A program made the position numbers and the translations under genes. Of a stretch of 64,000 nt of DNA, positions 35,347-47,634 are shown in pieces (the stretch's first letter is position 1; each line of letters starts with the position of its first letter). The stretch spans positions 17,662,856-17,726,855 of the forward strand of contig NC_068990.1 in assembly GCF_001194135.2 (NCBI RefSeq), in the 5' to 3' direction. The stretch is from Octopus bimaculoides (taxonomy: Eukaryota). Below the pieces are notes generated by a model. That model ran no database searches and was not told the origin of the DNA. It saw nothing but the letters and a program-made list of their open reading frames with translations.

Positions 35347-36951
35347 GTAAAATATTTCTTATGCCTCATGGAAAAGTTATACATTTTCAATAAATAGTTT
35401 GTAATCATTTAGACATTAATTCTTTTGTTGTATTTCTGTTGAAATACACTGCTTTTATCTCAATAAATTTTGAAAATAATGAGGAATTTGGTAAAATAAC
35501 TGTCATTATTGATCTGGTATTTGGAACATAAATTAACATGAAATTTTGATGAACAGTCTTAATTTAGATTATCTTAAAACTGAAAGTTTGTAGCATAGAA
35601 CCATATTAAGCTGGTGTTTGGAACATAAAATAACATGAAATTGTACTTTGGTTCACTTTAAAACAGGATGTTTGTGTCATTGGACTAGGGGCAGTTTTAA
35701 GCGGTTGACTTGAAAAGGGTTAACCCATTTGTTACTGTGTTTCTATTGGAACACACTACCTTTGCTTCAATTAATTTAAAAAATAATGAAGAATTTAGTA
35801 AAATACTTGTCATTATTAAGCTGGTATTTGGAGCATAAATTAACATGAAATTTTAACAGAAATATTAAATTTAAATCACTTCTTAAACAAGATGTGTGTA
35901 TCATAAAACCAAGGGAAATATCTGGTGGCTTGGTATCAGAAGGACTAAAGTGCTGTGGGTTCACAGAAATCATAAACAAATTGTTTTGTGGTAATAAGTT
36001 ATATCTCTATGTTCTGAGTCTAAACCCTTCCAGGATTGATAAACTAAAGTACCAGTTAGATATAAGTCAGTATAATCAACTGTTCCCTTTTTTCAAATTT
36101 CCTGGCCTTGTGCTTGTATAAGAAATCAATCATTTGGCATTTACCCTTTTGATACCAACCCACCTGAAACCATCCCAAGTTTTATGATACAAACCTGTTT
36201 TAAAGTGATCTAATCAACCCTAGTTTTTTGATCAAAATTTCATGCTAATTTATGTTTCAAACACCAACTTGATAATGAAGAAGTTATTTTACTGAATTTG
36301 TCATTATTTTCAAAATTAATTGAAATAAAGGTAGGGTATTTCAAAAGAAATATAGTGACGAAAGGATTAAAACATCAGTTTATGTCAGTAAACTATGGGA
36401 ACACAGAAAGGTAGAAAAATTTAAGTTCATGTAATGTCAACATTTCTGTCTTTATCATACTCAAGATGGCTATTTAGACCAACGTCAGCACTGATCATAG
36501 TCATGACCACTACATTGTCTAATATCTTCTCTTATATAAAACAGTAAGGTATGAATTGAGAGATATTTCACTGCTATTTCCAGCAGGTCAGATGACCAAA
36601 TAAAGACAAGAGCCTCCTCTATTAGTTTGTCAGAGGGAGAGGACAGAATGGCAATTAAAGGTCAATATTTCATGTCCTTAGAAAGAATGAGAAAAATATA
36701 TAACTTGTTTCTTCTGTAAACAAGATAAACTATTAGAAAATATAGATGATTCAACAACTGGCAGATCAAAACCTTTGAATATAATATACATGAACCTACA
36801 TTTAAACAGGTACTGAGTCTTTTGTAAATCTGTGTTCCAACTATCATATTTATCTAAGCCTATTTTTGACTCAAAAGATCATCTTTTTTTATGAGAAATA
36901 ATATCTCGAGAGACAGCTAAAGCTAAGTTGTTTTTATATTGCATTTTAAAG

Positions 36952-37070
36952 ATCAAGAAAGAATCCTTTTTGGAAGACATCAATAATTTACTAAATGCTG
37001 GAGAAGTACCAAACCTCTTCCCTCCAGATGAAAAGCAGGAAGTGTGTGAGAAGATGCGTCAGTTGGATAG
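36952..37070 (+). CDS. DNAH7: Exon 20 (AAA4)
   Basis: taaag|ATC..AG|gtgagt (AAG acceptor); IKKESFLEDINNLLNAGEVPNLFPPDEKQEVCEKMRQLDR; 119 nt, phase 0 to 2. Confidence 0.95.
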
Positions 37071-37156
37071 GTGAGTGTGTTGAATATTTTTGTTTCGTAT
37101 ATACATATATCTGTGTGTGTGTGTGTGTTACGTGTATGTGTGTGTGTGTGTATATA

Positions 37157-37205
<49 letters not shown>

Positions 37206-37790
37206 AAAAATAATAATTATTCTAAGTTATCAGGATATTTACTATTTTATACTTTACTAATGCAAAGCAAACAGTATCAATTATAATGTTATTATTACAA
37301 ATTTGTGATTTTTACCAATAGGACCACAACTTCAATTTCCGACATGCTTATATTATTAGATTAGCATTTTGGATATAATTTTCTATGTGTACTCCAGTAA
37401 ATAAGGTTGTCCTGAAATTGAAGTTGTGGTCCTATTGGTAAAATCCCAAATTTTTACATTAGTTATATGTGAGCTACTGCAAGTTTCATGCTTGGATAGT
37501 GTAGTAACTGGACAGGTTTGTATGGCATACCATGCCTGACCCAACAATTATTCATGCTCAGATGACTTGGCATGTTTTTGCTTGCATTTTTCTCTCAGAG
37601 AGGCCATGTTATTTGAGTCCGAATAATTGCTAGGTTATGCATGGTATGCTATTGAAGCCTATCTGTACTATCCAAGCATGAAATTTGAAGTAATTATTCT
37701 GTATTCATTAAATGATATTTAGCTTTTGCTGACTCTTTCAACAAGCAAACAATATTCTACATGTAAAAGTACATACATACATACATACAT

Positions 37791-37821
<31 letters not shown>

Positions 37822-37927
37822 TACATACATACACACACACATGCCTTCACCTATAAATTTATAAACTTATTTTTAAAGTAAATATATTCCCAGTTTGAAA
37901 ACATTTTTTTTCTCTCTTTTCTTGCAG

Positions 37928-38108
37928 GCAACGAGACAAAATGAAACAAACTGATGGCTCACCTGTTGCGTTGTTTAACTTCTTCATTCAGCGTGTACGG
38001 GATCAACTTCATATTGTTTTGGCAATGAGTCCCATTGGGGATTCTTTCCGTACCAGACTACGAAAATTCCCTTCATTAGTCAATTGTTGCACAATTGATT
38101 GGTTCCAG
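37928..38108 (+). CDS. DNAH7: Exon 21 (AAA4)
   Basis: tgcag|G..CAG|gtaaag; QRDKMKQTDGSPVALF...FRTRLRKFPSLVNCCTIDWFQ; 181 nt. Confidence 0.97.
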
Positions 38109-40194
38109 GTAAAGTACAGCTCTTATATTTTCCCACACTTACTCACTTGATCTAGTAAACCAGGAAATTTTCATCACTTATAATTTCTTATGCTAGTGCT
38201 AATTATGTTATTAATTTTACATGCAGTAGGCATCACTGGGTATTTTCTCCCGGGCATTACTATAAAAAAGTAATGGTTGTCACCACCTCAATGTGGTTGT
38301 TCCATACAGAGCATTGTTTCTACTCTTTTTAACCCCAGGAGGACACCTCCTCCAGCTAGTTAACGACACGCTATCTGTGTTTATCATATTGCAAATAAGG
38401 GAACAAACAACTCCCTGGAACGTTTATTGATGGATTTGTAACTATGAATGTTTATTAACATATTGTTAGGGTTGTTTTAAGACAGCAGATGTGAACTTGA
38501 CATATCCATTAAGTCTTAAAGTTCCATAACTGTAGATATCGACAACTGTCACCAAATGCTGAATCACTTAAAAGTTCTTTGTTTGCATTCTGTCTTACAT
38601 TCACCTTCATGTATCTTGAGAAATTGCTCGGACACCTTGCCACCATATCATCATCTTATTTCTAGCTACTCCCATCGTACTGCCGGACTGACCCTCGTGC
38701 CGGTGGCACATAAGAGCACCCACTACACTCTCGGAGTGGTTGGCATTAGAAAGGGTATCCAGCTGTAGAAATTCTGCCAGATCAGATTGGAGCCTGGTGC
38801 AGCCATCTGGTTCGCTAGTCCTCAGTCAAATCGTCCAACCCATGCCAGCATGGAAAGTGGACGTTAAACGATGATGATGATGATGATGCAGGGTAGCCAT
38901 ATATTTCTTCTTTAGCAAAACAGCTGTCCCTGTACCTCTGTCTTACTTTAGCCATCCCAACACCTGGTATAAAGCCAATTCTCTCTCTACTACAACCTCA
39001 CTTAGCCAACAGGATTTTTTTCTCTGTCTTGCAATTATTTGGCACCTTATCAGTGCCAGTGTCAACAAATATTATTGTTTTAGGGGTCGAAAACTGGAAT
39101 TATGCATTCTTCTGTGCAAGAAACAAAAGCTTAATCTCATTTTAGAAAAAAAAAATCCTGTCAAAATACATCCTGTTTGCACCATGTGTGTTTATTCTTT
39201 TGTGTTTTATCAAGTAAATCTTTCTGGGTGTTTTCTTTTTCCTTAATTTTCAAGCTTACTTGTGGTTAATACCTGAAGTAATGAGTTAGAATTCTGTAAC
39301 ATCATTTATTAATGGTTTATTTGTTATTATTTATTTATCAATGATTTAATTAGAAAATCAGTGCCCCGGAATCGATATCTTGTAAATTTATGTGAAAACA
39401 TTTACATGTAGTCAACTTCACTATATTCAACTCACCTTGGTTGGTGAAATGCATGACTGCATTTGCAATGTAAATTATATAGTATTTGTGGATTTCATCC
39501 AAATTCATGCAGTAGTTATATTTTTATGATTTTTATACTGAACTAACTGCATTTCTTCAAAATCTTCAGTTTCTTATAGGATTGAGAGATTTCTATAGGG
39601 AAAGTAAGACAGGAGTTAAGACAAGTTAATATGCTGCCAAATATCATTTCTATCAAGAAAGCAAGCATTACAGGACTTTAAGAGTTTATACAACACCAAA
39701 TATTTCTATAGAGAAAGTACTACAGGATTTTAGGAGTTAAGTTGTTAACCATGGTCAATCTCTCTTTTGTTTATAACATTCAGTGATCTGGGTTTTTTTT
39801 TTACATTAATTTCATTGAAGATTTTGACAGTGTTAGTATGAGGTTGGTATTGTCAGTAACAGTACAATGCCTTTTCACAGCAGTCTTTCAAGCTTGCTTT
39901 GAACTTGCTTGCATTTTAATAAGTAAATGCTTAATGTTGAAGTTTTTTCCTGATAATGCTCCAGTATTGGTCCTTATGGGTCAAGGAAAAAACCCCCAAA
40001 AAACTATCAGTATGAAGATACAATGCACTGGGACTAAATCCTGCATCATGTGGCTGTAAATAGAGCTTCTTAATTATTATACAATCATACAAAAATCATT
40101 CATAATGAAATAACATTTTTCTTTGATCTAAAAGAAACTCTATTCTTTTATTTATTTTGTTTTTTATTTTACTTTTTTTTTTGCTTAACAACAG

Positions 40195-40424
40195 TCTTGG
40201 CCAAAAGATGCCCTAGAGGCTGTTGCAAGACGTTTCCTTGGAGATATAAAAATGGGTGATGATGATAAATATGGGTGCACTGAAATGTGTCAGATGTTCC
40301 ATACAACCACATCTGAGCTGTCTGCCAGATTTTTTTCAGAACTTGAGAGACACAATTATGTTACACCAACATCGTATCTGGAACTTCTCAGTACATTTAA
40401 ACTGCTTTTGGACAAAAAACAGAC
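40195..40424 (+). CDS. DNAH7: Exon 22
   Basis: aacag|TCT..AC|gtaagt; SWPKDALEAVARRFL...RHNYVTPTSYLELLSTFKLLLDKKQ; 230 nt, phase 0 to 2. Confidence 0.97.
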
Positions 40425-40867
40425 GTAAGTTTGATAGATTCATTCATTTGATTTTCTTCCGGTTTTTTTTCCTTGTTAGTGTTTGATAACTGGATGCCTT
40501 TCCTGTTGCTAACACTTATCAATTCCTCAAATAAGGGATATTTTAAACTATTTGTCTTTGAAAATGATGTGATTGAGGGTAATCTGTTTGTAAAGTATTT
40601 CAACATAGTGCCACTGTTTTACTAAAACCGTTTTACTTATGTGGAGATGCAGAATGCCTACATTCACACAGGACAAGCATACTCCCCCCCACACACACAC
40701 ACACGCTCACACATAGACACAAGCATGGCTGTGTGGCTAAGAAGTTTCTCAACCACATGATTTCAGGTTCTCTTACATGACATGGCACCTTGGACAAATG
40801 TCTTCTATCATAACCCCAGGGCAACAAAGGTCTCGTGAGTGGATTGGGAAACTAAAAGAAGCCAGTT

Positions 40868-40910
<43 letters not shown>

Positions 40911-41657
40911 TATCATGTGTGTTTGATACTTATGTAAGTTGTGTTAAGTTCGTGCACATTCCATTGTGTTGTGTATAAATTATTGCCTGTGGATATAGTG
41001 TCACCACACATGTACACAAATAAATGAAATCATTATTATAAAATGGATTTTTAAAAAATGTTCAATTCTGTCTCTGTTTTAGCAACCTATGATACACTAT
41101 TGATAATATAGACATATTTTGAATTTTATAGAAGCATTGTATTCCTGAAAATCTTGTTATGACATGGAACCTCAAAGCACAAATCCTATGTTTTCCATTA
41201 ACTCTGATGTTATTTCTATATTATGTAAAACGGCCACTCAGTAAGAAAATAGGCTTTGTGTTATGGAATTTCAAAGCAATGACCGAGATCTTTGGCATTA
41301 TGTTTTGCTTGGGAAGAAGACCCATCAAGCCAAGTAAAATCACAGTCATGGTAGATACCGGTGTCATGCAAATGCCCCTGTGCCAGTGGCACATAAAAGC
41401 ACCCATTACACGCTTGGAGTGGTTGGCATTAGGAAGGACATTCAGCTGTGGAAACCATGCCAAATCAGACTGGAGTCTGGTGCAGCCTTTCAGCTTGCCA
41501 GCCCTGGTCAAACCGTCCAACCCATGCCAGCATGGACAATAGATGATGAATGATGATGATAATGACACAATTTACAGGAACATAAAGCTACATTGTATGA
41601 TGCTGATCTCTAATAACTACTCTAATGACAAAATTTAATCAATTATTCTCATTGCAG

Positions 41658-41847
41658 TGAAGTTTCTTTACAGAGACAGAGATACGTGGTTGGGTTAGAG
41701 AAGCTGGATTCAGCAGCATCTCAGGTGTCGATTATGCAGAAAGAGTTAACTGATCTCCAACCACTGTTGGTCATTGCTAGCAAGGAAGTAGATGAAATCA
41801 TGATTGTTGTAGAAAAGGAATCTATTGAAGTGGCAAAGAAAGAAAAG
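41658..41847 (+). CDS. DNAH7: Exon 23 (stalk CC1)
   Basis: tgcag|T..AAG|gtatat; EVSLQRQRYVVGLEKLDSAASQVSIMQKEL...EVAKKEK; 190 nt. Confidence 0.96.
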
Positions 41848-44786
41848 GTATATTTCTGTTAATTTTACCAAACCCTTCATCCTGACATTTGAAAAATATT
41901 CATTTTATATTTTCTTTTCTTTTATTCTTTTATTTGTTTCCGTCACTGGACTGAAGTTTTGCTGGGGCACTGCTTTCAAGGGTCTACTCAAATAAATTGC
42001 CCCTGGTACGCATACCTTTTGACTTTGGTACTTATAGTATGGGTCTTTTTGTACTTTTTTTTTTTTGCTGAACTACAAAGCCATGAGGATGTAAACAAGC
42101 CAGTACTTTTTGTCAGGTCCTGTGGGGACAAATACAAAGACATGCCACACACACACACACACACGCACACACACACACACACACACATCCACNNNNNNNN
42201 NNNNNNNNNNNNNNNNNNNNNNNNNNNNNNNNNNNNNNNNNNNNNNNNNNNNNNNNNNNNNNNNNNNNNNNNNNNNNNNNNNNNNNNNNNNNNNNNNNNN
42301 NNNNNNNNNNNNNNNNNNNNNNNNNNNNNNNNNNNNNNNNNNNNNNNNNNNNNNNNNNNNNNNNNNNNNNNNNNNNNNNNNNNNNNNNNNNNNNNNNNNN
42401 NNNNNNNNNNNNNNNNNNNNNNNNNNNNNNNNNNNNNNNNNNNNNNNNNNNNNNNNNNNNNNNNNNNNNNNNNNNNNNNNNNNNNNNNNNNNNNNNNNNN
42501 NNNNNNNNNNNNNNNNNNNNNNNNNNNNNNNNNNNNNNNNNNNNNNNNNNNNNNNNNNNNNNNNNNNNNNNNNNNNNNNNNNNNNNNNNNNNNNNNNNNN
42601 NNNNNNNNNNNNNNNNNNNNNNNNNNNNNAGGACTGCACACTATCAAATATGCTCTTCCTTCTTGTTTTTAGATGAGAAGTTGTGATTCGAGGGAGTTTG
42701 ACTATTTTTTCTTGCAGATTGTAAGACTATATAGAAAATTGCTGGTTTGATGTGTGACAACATTTATCAGAATTTTGTTAGGAATTCATAAATTCTTAAT
42801 TTGTCAGAATTTTAAAATTTCATTATTTTCAAATGTTACAATCCGAAATATTTACTGAGCTATGTCAAAATAACCTGGGGTATGTAAAAAAAAAACAAAA
42901 AAAAAAACAAAAGGTCTTTGCTTTTGTTGAAATTGTTCATTTTCAAATTCTTTAATATATAAGCACAGTTGTGGCTGTGTGGTAAGAAGTTTGCTTCCCA
43001 ACCACATAGTTCTGGATTTAGTCCCACTGCATGGAACCTTGGGCAAGTGTCTTTTACTATAACCTCAGCCTGACCAAAGCCTTGTGAGTGGATTTGGTGG
43101 AAATAAACTGATAGAAGTCCATTGTGTGTGCTTGTGTGTGTCTGTCTGTATTTATCCCCTGCCACCACTTGATGACCTGTGTTGGTGCGTTTACATCCCT
43201 GTAACCTGGTAGCTCAACAAAAGAGAATGATAAAATAAGTGCCAGGTTTGAAAAAATAAAAAATAAGTACTTGGGTTGATTTGTTTGACTAAAATTCAAG
43301 GTGGTGCTCCAGCATGGTTTCAGACTAATAACTGAAATGAATAAAAGAAAAAGATGTGAAAATTTTAAATTTTCATGAACTTTGACTCTTTGGAATTAGC
43401 AAATTATTTTACTTTCCAAATATATTAGATTTTATTAAGTCGTGTAGAAGTTTCAGGCTGGCAGAGAATAGTGTTATAATGTCAACTTTGTCTTTCATTC
43501 TTTTGAGAGTTTATAAATAAGTACCAGTCCTGGGCAATGGATTATCAAAATGGTTAGAGGGCTGGCAAGATACCCAAGATATCTTGCAGCATCTGTTCTG
43601 GCCCTTTGCATTTTGACAGTAATATCTGCTGCAAGACTGGTGCCAGGTTGTATCATCCCAAGCTGGTTTTCTCTGAATAACATTGGTGGCTTGGAGAGGG
43701 GAGACTTACATCCATGAGCAACTGCCAGTCTTTCTCAAAAGATTTTGGCCAGGTCTGCATTTTCATGTGTAGATGAAAGGTCAATTTCAACCAATGGCTT
43801 TCTTAATAGGTCGAGTAATTTTCTCTTTGTACTTTCAAAGGTGACCAGTTTAGAGAATAACTCCATTGGAGAGTGTTTCTGAAGAAGTTGTGCAAAGTGT
43901 AGCATAAGATATCTAGTTTGGGTGTGGATGATGTATGTGTGAGAAGACAGTTTAGAAGGACTGAAAGGTGGTTTCTGTGTAATGGTATGTGTGGCAAGAA
44001 TAACAATAAGTCCATTATTATGAAGAAGGAACCATGTGTTAAAAATATCCAAACTCTGAGACATATAAAATTGTCTGTTAAAATATGGGTTGGAGAGGTC
44101 CCAGTTAAACTTTGCTGCAATGGATTGGTTTGATAAGAAACTTCTGCTTCAAAACGTCAGATATAGACACTGTCCTCAAAGGAAAAGTTAATTTTATCAA
44201 CCTCAGTACTTGACTGGTACCTGTTTCATTAATATTAGTTTCAGATGTTGGTACAAGGCCAGCAATTTCAGGGGAGGAAGTAAGTCAGTTACATTAACCC
44301 CACTGCTCAATTGCTACTTATTTTATCGACCCAGAAAGGCAAGGTGAACCTTCGCAAAATTTGAACTCAGAACATAAAGATGGGTGAAATGCTGTTAAGC
44401 ATTTTGTTCAGCATGCTAATGGTTCTGCCAGCTCACTGCCTTACTTGTTTTATTAATATTGAAAAGATGAAATGCAAAGTTGGTCTGAATAATATTTGAA
44501 CTCAGAATATAAAAAAGATGTGACTACAAAGCATTCAAAGTAATGCATTTACTGAACCTGCCATCTGTGGCTATATTGTCTCCCAAAAGATGTGTTGAAA
44601 ACAATAATAACTCTTACTAATTTTGGCACAAAGCCAACAATTTTAAGGGGAGGCGGCAAGTACTTGACTGGTATTTTATCTTATTGACTTGAAAAAGATG
44701 AATGAGAAAGTTGAACTTGGAAGGATGTGAATAATAATGATAATGATCCTTTCTACTATAGGCACAATGCTTGAATGATGATGATG

Positions 44787-44856
<70 letters not shown>

Positions 44857-44867
44857 TAATAATAATA

Positions 44868-45300
44868 GAGCATAACAGATTAGACCTAGTGGTGATGGAC
44901 AAGGTGCACCACATATGCTGTATAGTTGATGTTGCATGCCCCTTTGACCCACAAATAGTCAAGATGGAAGGCGCAAAGATAGATAGATACAACCCTCTTA
45001 AGTACAAAATAGCCCAGCTATGGAAAATGAAGAAGGTGAAGATAGTGCCAATTATTGTTGGGTCCTTGGGAACAGTATCAGAAAGCATCAAGAGGAATAT
45101 AATGAAAATTGGAATAGAGTACCCTGTAGAACTGTTAGAAAAAGTTTGCTTCTTTGGCACAGCCAGAATAATCAGGAAAGTATCAGATAGCTGAAAAGAA
45201 CGAATGGCATGGCACTGTAGGCTGCAGGTAATAAGCTCACTACGCATGCAAGACTTCAGGAGCTCCAACAAAACCTGTGATAAAGAGAAAATAAAAATGA
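44868..45300 (+). mobile_element. 5'-truncated R4/Dong-like LINE fragment starting directly after (TAA)n
   Basis: Open frame NRLDLVVMDK...IVDVACPFD...KIDRYNPLK...VPIIVGSLG...FGTARIIRKV* (stop at 45194) plus 3' UTR; abuts the TAA tract 44775-44867. Confidence 0.85.
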
Positions 45301-45320
45301 TTATTATTAATATTTTTCAG

Positions 45321-45461
45321 ATTGTGAAAGCAGATGAAGTTGTAGCTAATGAACATGCTATTAATGCTAAAGGCATTAAAGATGAATGCAACAATGATCT
45401 CGCTAAAGCCATGCCTGCATTAAACCAAGCTCTAGCTGCCCTGGATACACTAACTCCACAG
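45321..45461 (+). CDS. DNAH7: Exon 24 (stalk CC1 into MTBD)
   Basis: ttcag|ATT..CAG|gtaaac; IVKADEVVANEHAINAKGIKDECNNDLAKAMPALNQALAALDTLTPQ; 141 nt. Confidence 0.96.
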
Positions 45462-45912
45462 GTAAACATTCCATTACTTTTTTGCAGTTAATCTCATCAG
45501 TAGGGTGCTTAACAATGAGCTGAGATTATGGCAGTTTGTGTTTTGTCTTTGATGTGTGACATGTCCATGGCTAAAACCTTTAACTACTATTGTAAAAAAA
45601 AAAAAAGCTTTGGTGTTAGTACTTGTGCTGGTGCCACACAAAATGCACTGGTGATGGTGCCACACAAAATGCACTGGTGATGGTGCCATATAAAAAGCAT
45701 TGGTACTGGTGCCATGTAAAATGCTTCCAGTGTACTTTGTAAAGTGGTTGGCATTTGGAAGGGCATCCAGCTTTAGAAACCAAGCCAAAACTATGGAATC
45801 TGGTGCAGCCTCTGGCCTTACCAGTTCTTGTCAATGGATGTTAAATTATAATGATGATGGTGATTAAAATATGAATCCTATGGTGTTAAAATAGTCTTCA
45901 ATTTCTTCTTAG

Positions 45913-46116
45913 GATATTACTCTGGTAAAATCCATGAACAATCCACCTTGGCTTGTACGTCTGGTAATGGAAGCTGTCTGTGTTATAAAAGGAATAAAAC
46001 CTGATAGAGTTCCTGATCCTTCTGGATCTGGTAAGAAAATAGAAGACTTTTGGCCACCATCAAAGCGTGTTCTAGGAGATATGAAGTTTCTGGAAAGTCT
46101 TCACACTTTTAATAAG
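45913..46116 (+). CDS. DNAH7: Exon 25 (microtubule-binding domain)
   Basis: cttag|GAT..AAG|gtaatt; DITLVKSMNNPPWLVRLVMEAVC...FLESLHTFNK; 204 nt. Confidence 0.96.
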
Positions 46117-46700
46117 GTAATTAATTATCAACTTTATTTAATCAGCTTTTTCTTATTTTCTTCTTTATTTTTTAGTTTAGATTTAGATTTCTTTTGACAA
46201 TGTTTTGAAAAAAACTTCAGAGAACAAATGATAATGACCAAAAAATGAAATGTCTAAATAAAGTAGAAACCAGATTTCAAGGACACAACAATATCTGTTT
46301 CAACAAAAGTTAACCCATGATGTCTGTTGATGGTGGAGGCAGTCAATTTCTGATTGAACTGAGAAATCTCGGTTTCCATTTGTATTTTTCCAAATTGCTG
46401 ATACTATTGTCAGTTACAACTCCAAACAGAAGAAACCAGATTTGAACATGAATTTCACAAAATTGGAGCAAATAACCTAAGCCATCCTGTCCAATGCTTT
46501 AACAATTTGCCAAATGAGCTAATTTTCAATTGAGGGGTGAAAGAACCAATGTTCCAAACACTTTTATTTCTGGAGAAATGTTTTCAGCTTATAATATTTT
46601 ATGGACTGTTAACCTCATCTCTACAGATGACCTATATATATAAATACACACACACACATGCATGCACGCATGTGCGCACACACACACACACATTTACACA

Positions 46701-46908
46701 TGAGGGTATATTGAAAAGTTCCTGGCTTTCGATAAAAGATAATACAGGAGGATCAGTTAATTATGATTTTATCAAACATATTCCCCTCTCAGATTCACAC
46801 ACTTATTGCAGTGGTTTTTTAGTTTTTCTAAGCCCTGTAAAGAAACTGAGAGGGTAGGACCTCCAACCAATACCCTTAAAATCAGGAACTTTTCAGTACC
46901 CACTCACA
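46701..46908. mobile_element. Mariner-derived MITE (about 210 bp); second copy at about 59638-59857
   Basis: Ends GAGGGTATATTGAAAAGTTCCTG and CAGGAACTTTTCAGTACCCACTC; interior GGAGGATCAGTTAATTATGATTTTAT...CTCAGATTCACACACTTATTGCAG shared by both copies. Confidence 0.8.
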
Positions 46909-47491
46909 TACCCATTTAGTGTTTACTGTCAGAAGAAAGGGTACACAGTACTACAGTAAAGATTAGTAATATTTAATTTTTATCCAGTTAGTCTCTGGCT
47001 ACTCTGAGTTATGTCTGGAGGTGCAGAGAATCTTCAGGCATGTTACGCCTGAAAAAAATTATGGAATTTATGTGCATTGTGCACACACACACACACACTA
47101 CACAGGAGAAACAAAAGGTAAAGAAAAAGAAAATTAAGAAAAGAAAAGAAAGCAGAAAAATAAAAAGAGAAAAGGAAGAAGAAGAAGGGGCAAATATTAC
47201 AGTGCTTGGAAACAGGTGAGAATTGGCAACAAGAAGGATATTTGGCTGCAGAAAGTCTGCCTCAGTGAATTCCATCTGATTCACACAAGCATGGAAAAGT
47301 GGACATTAAAATGATGGTGATGATGGTGAATCAAATCTTCTTACTTGGAAGTAGAAGATTAAATATTTGATTAAAATAGAGAAAATGCTAGAAAACTCTG
47401 CTGAGAGTTAAGTACACAGTTTGGTATTTATAAGTATTAAACAAGAAGCTTAAAATTCAAATGCTATCTGATGTGATTTTCTTTGCTTTAG

Positions 47492-47634
47492 GATAACATT
47501 AATCCAGGAATCATGAAAACAATCCGGACTAAATATATTGCAAACCCAGATTTTGATCCTGAAAAAATCAAAGTTGCCTCGACAGCTTGTGAAGGTCTTT
47601 GTAAATGGATTCGAGCCATGGATACATATGATAA
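47492..47634 (+). CDS. DNAH7: Exon 26 (MTBD)
   Basis: tttag|GAT..AA|gtaagt; DNINPGIMKTIRTKYIANPDFDPEKIKVASTACEGLCKWIRAMDTYD; 143 nt, phase 0 to 2. Confidence 0.96.

Noticed and set aside
43735-44133. Overlapping 70-110 aa ORFs
   Set aside because: No RT or GIY-YIG motif could be read with confidence; only the weak motif at 44130 was kept as a finding.
45625-45728. Regularly spaced 26-bp repeats resembling a CRISPR array
   Set aside because: The units are directly adjacent with no unique spacers, there are no cas genes, and the context is a eukaryotic LINE UTR.
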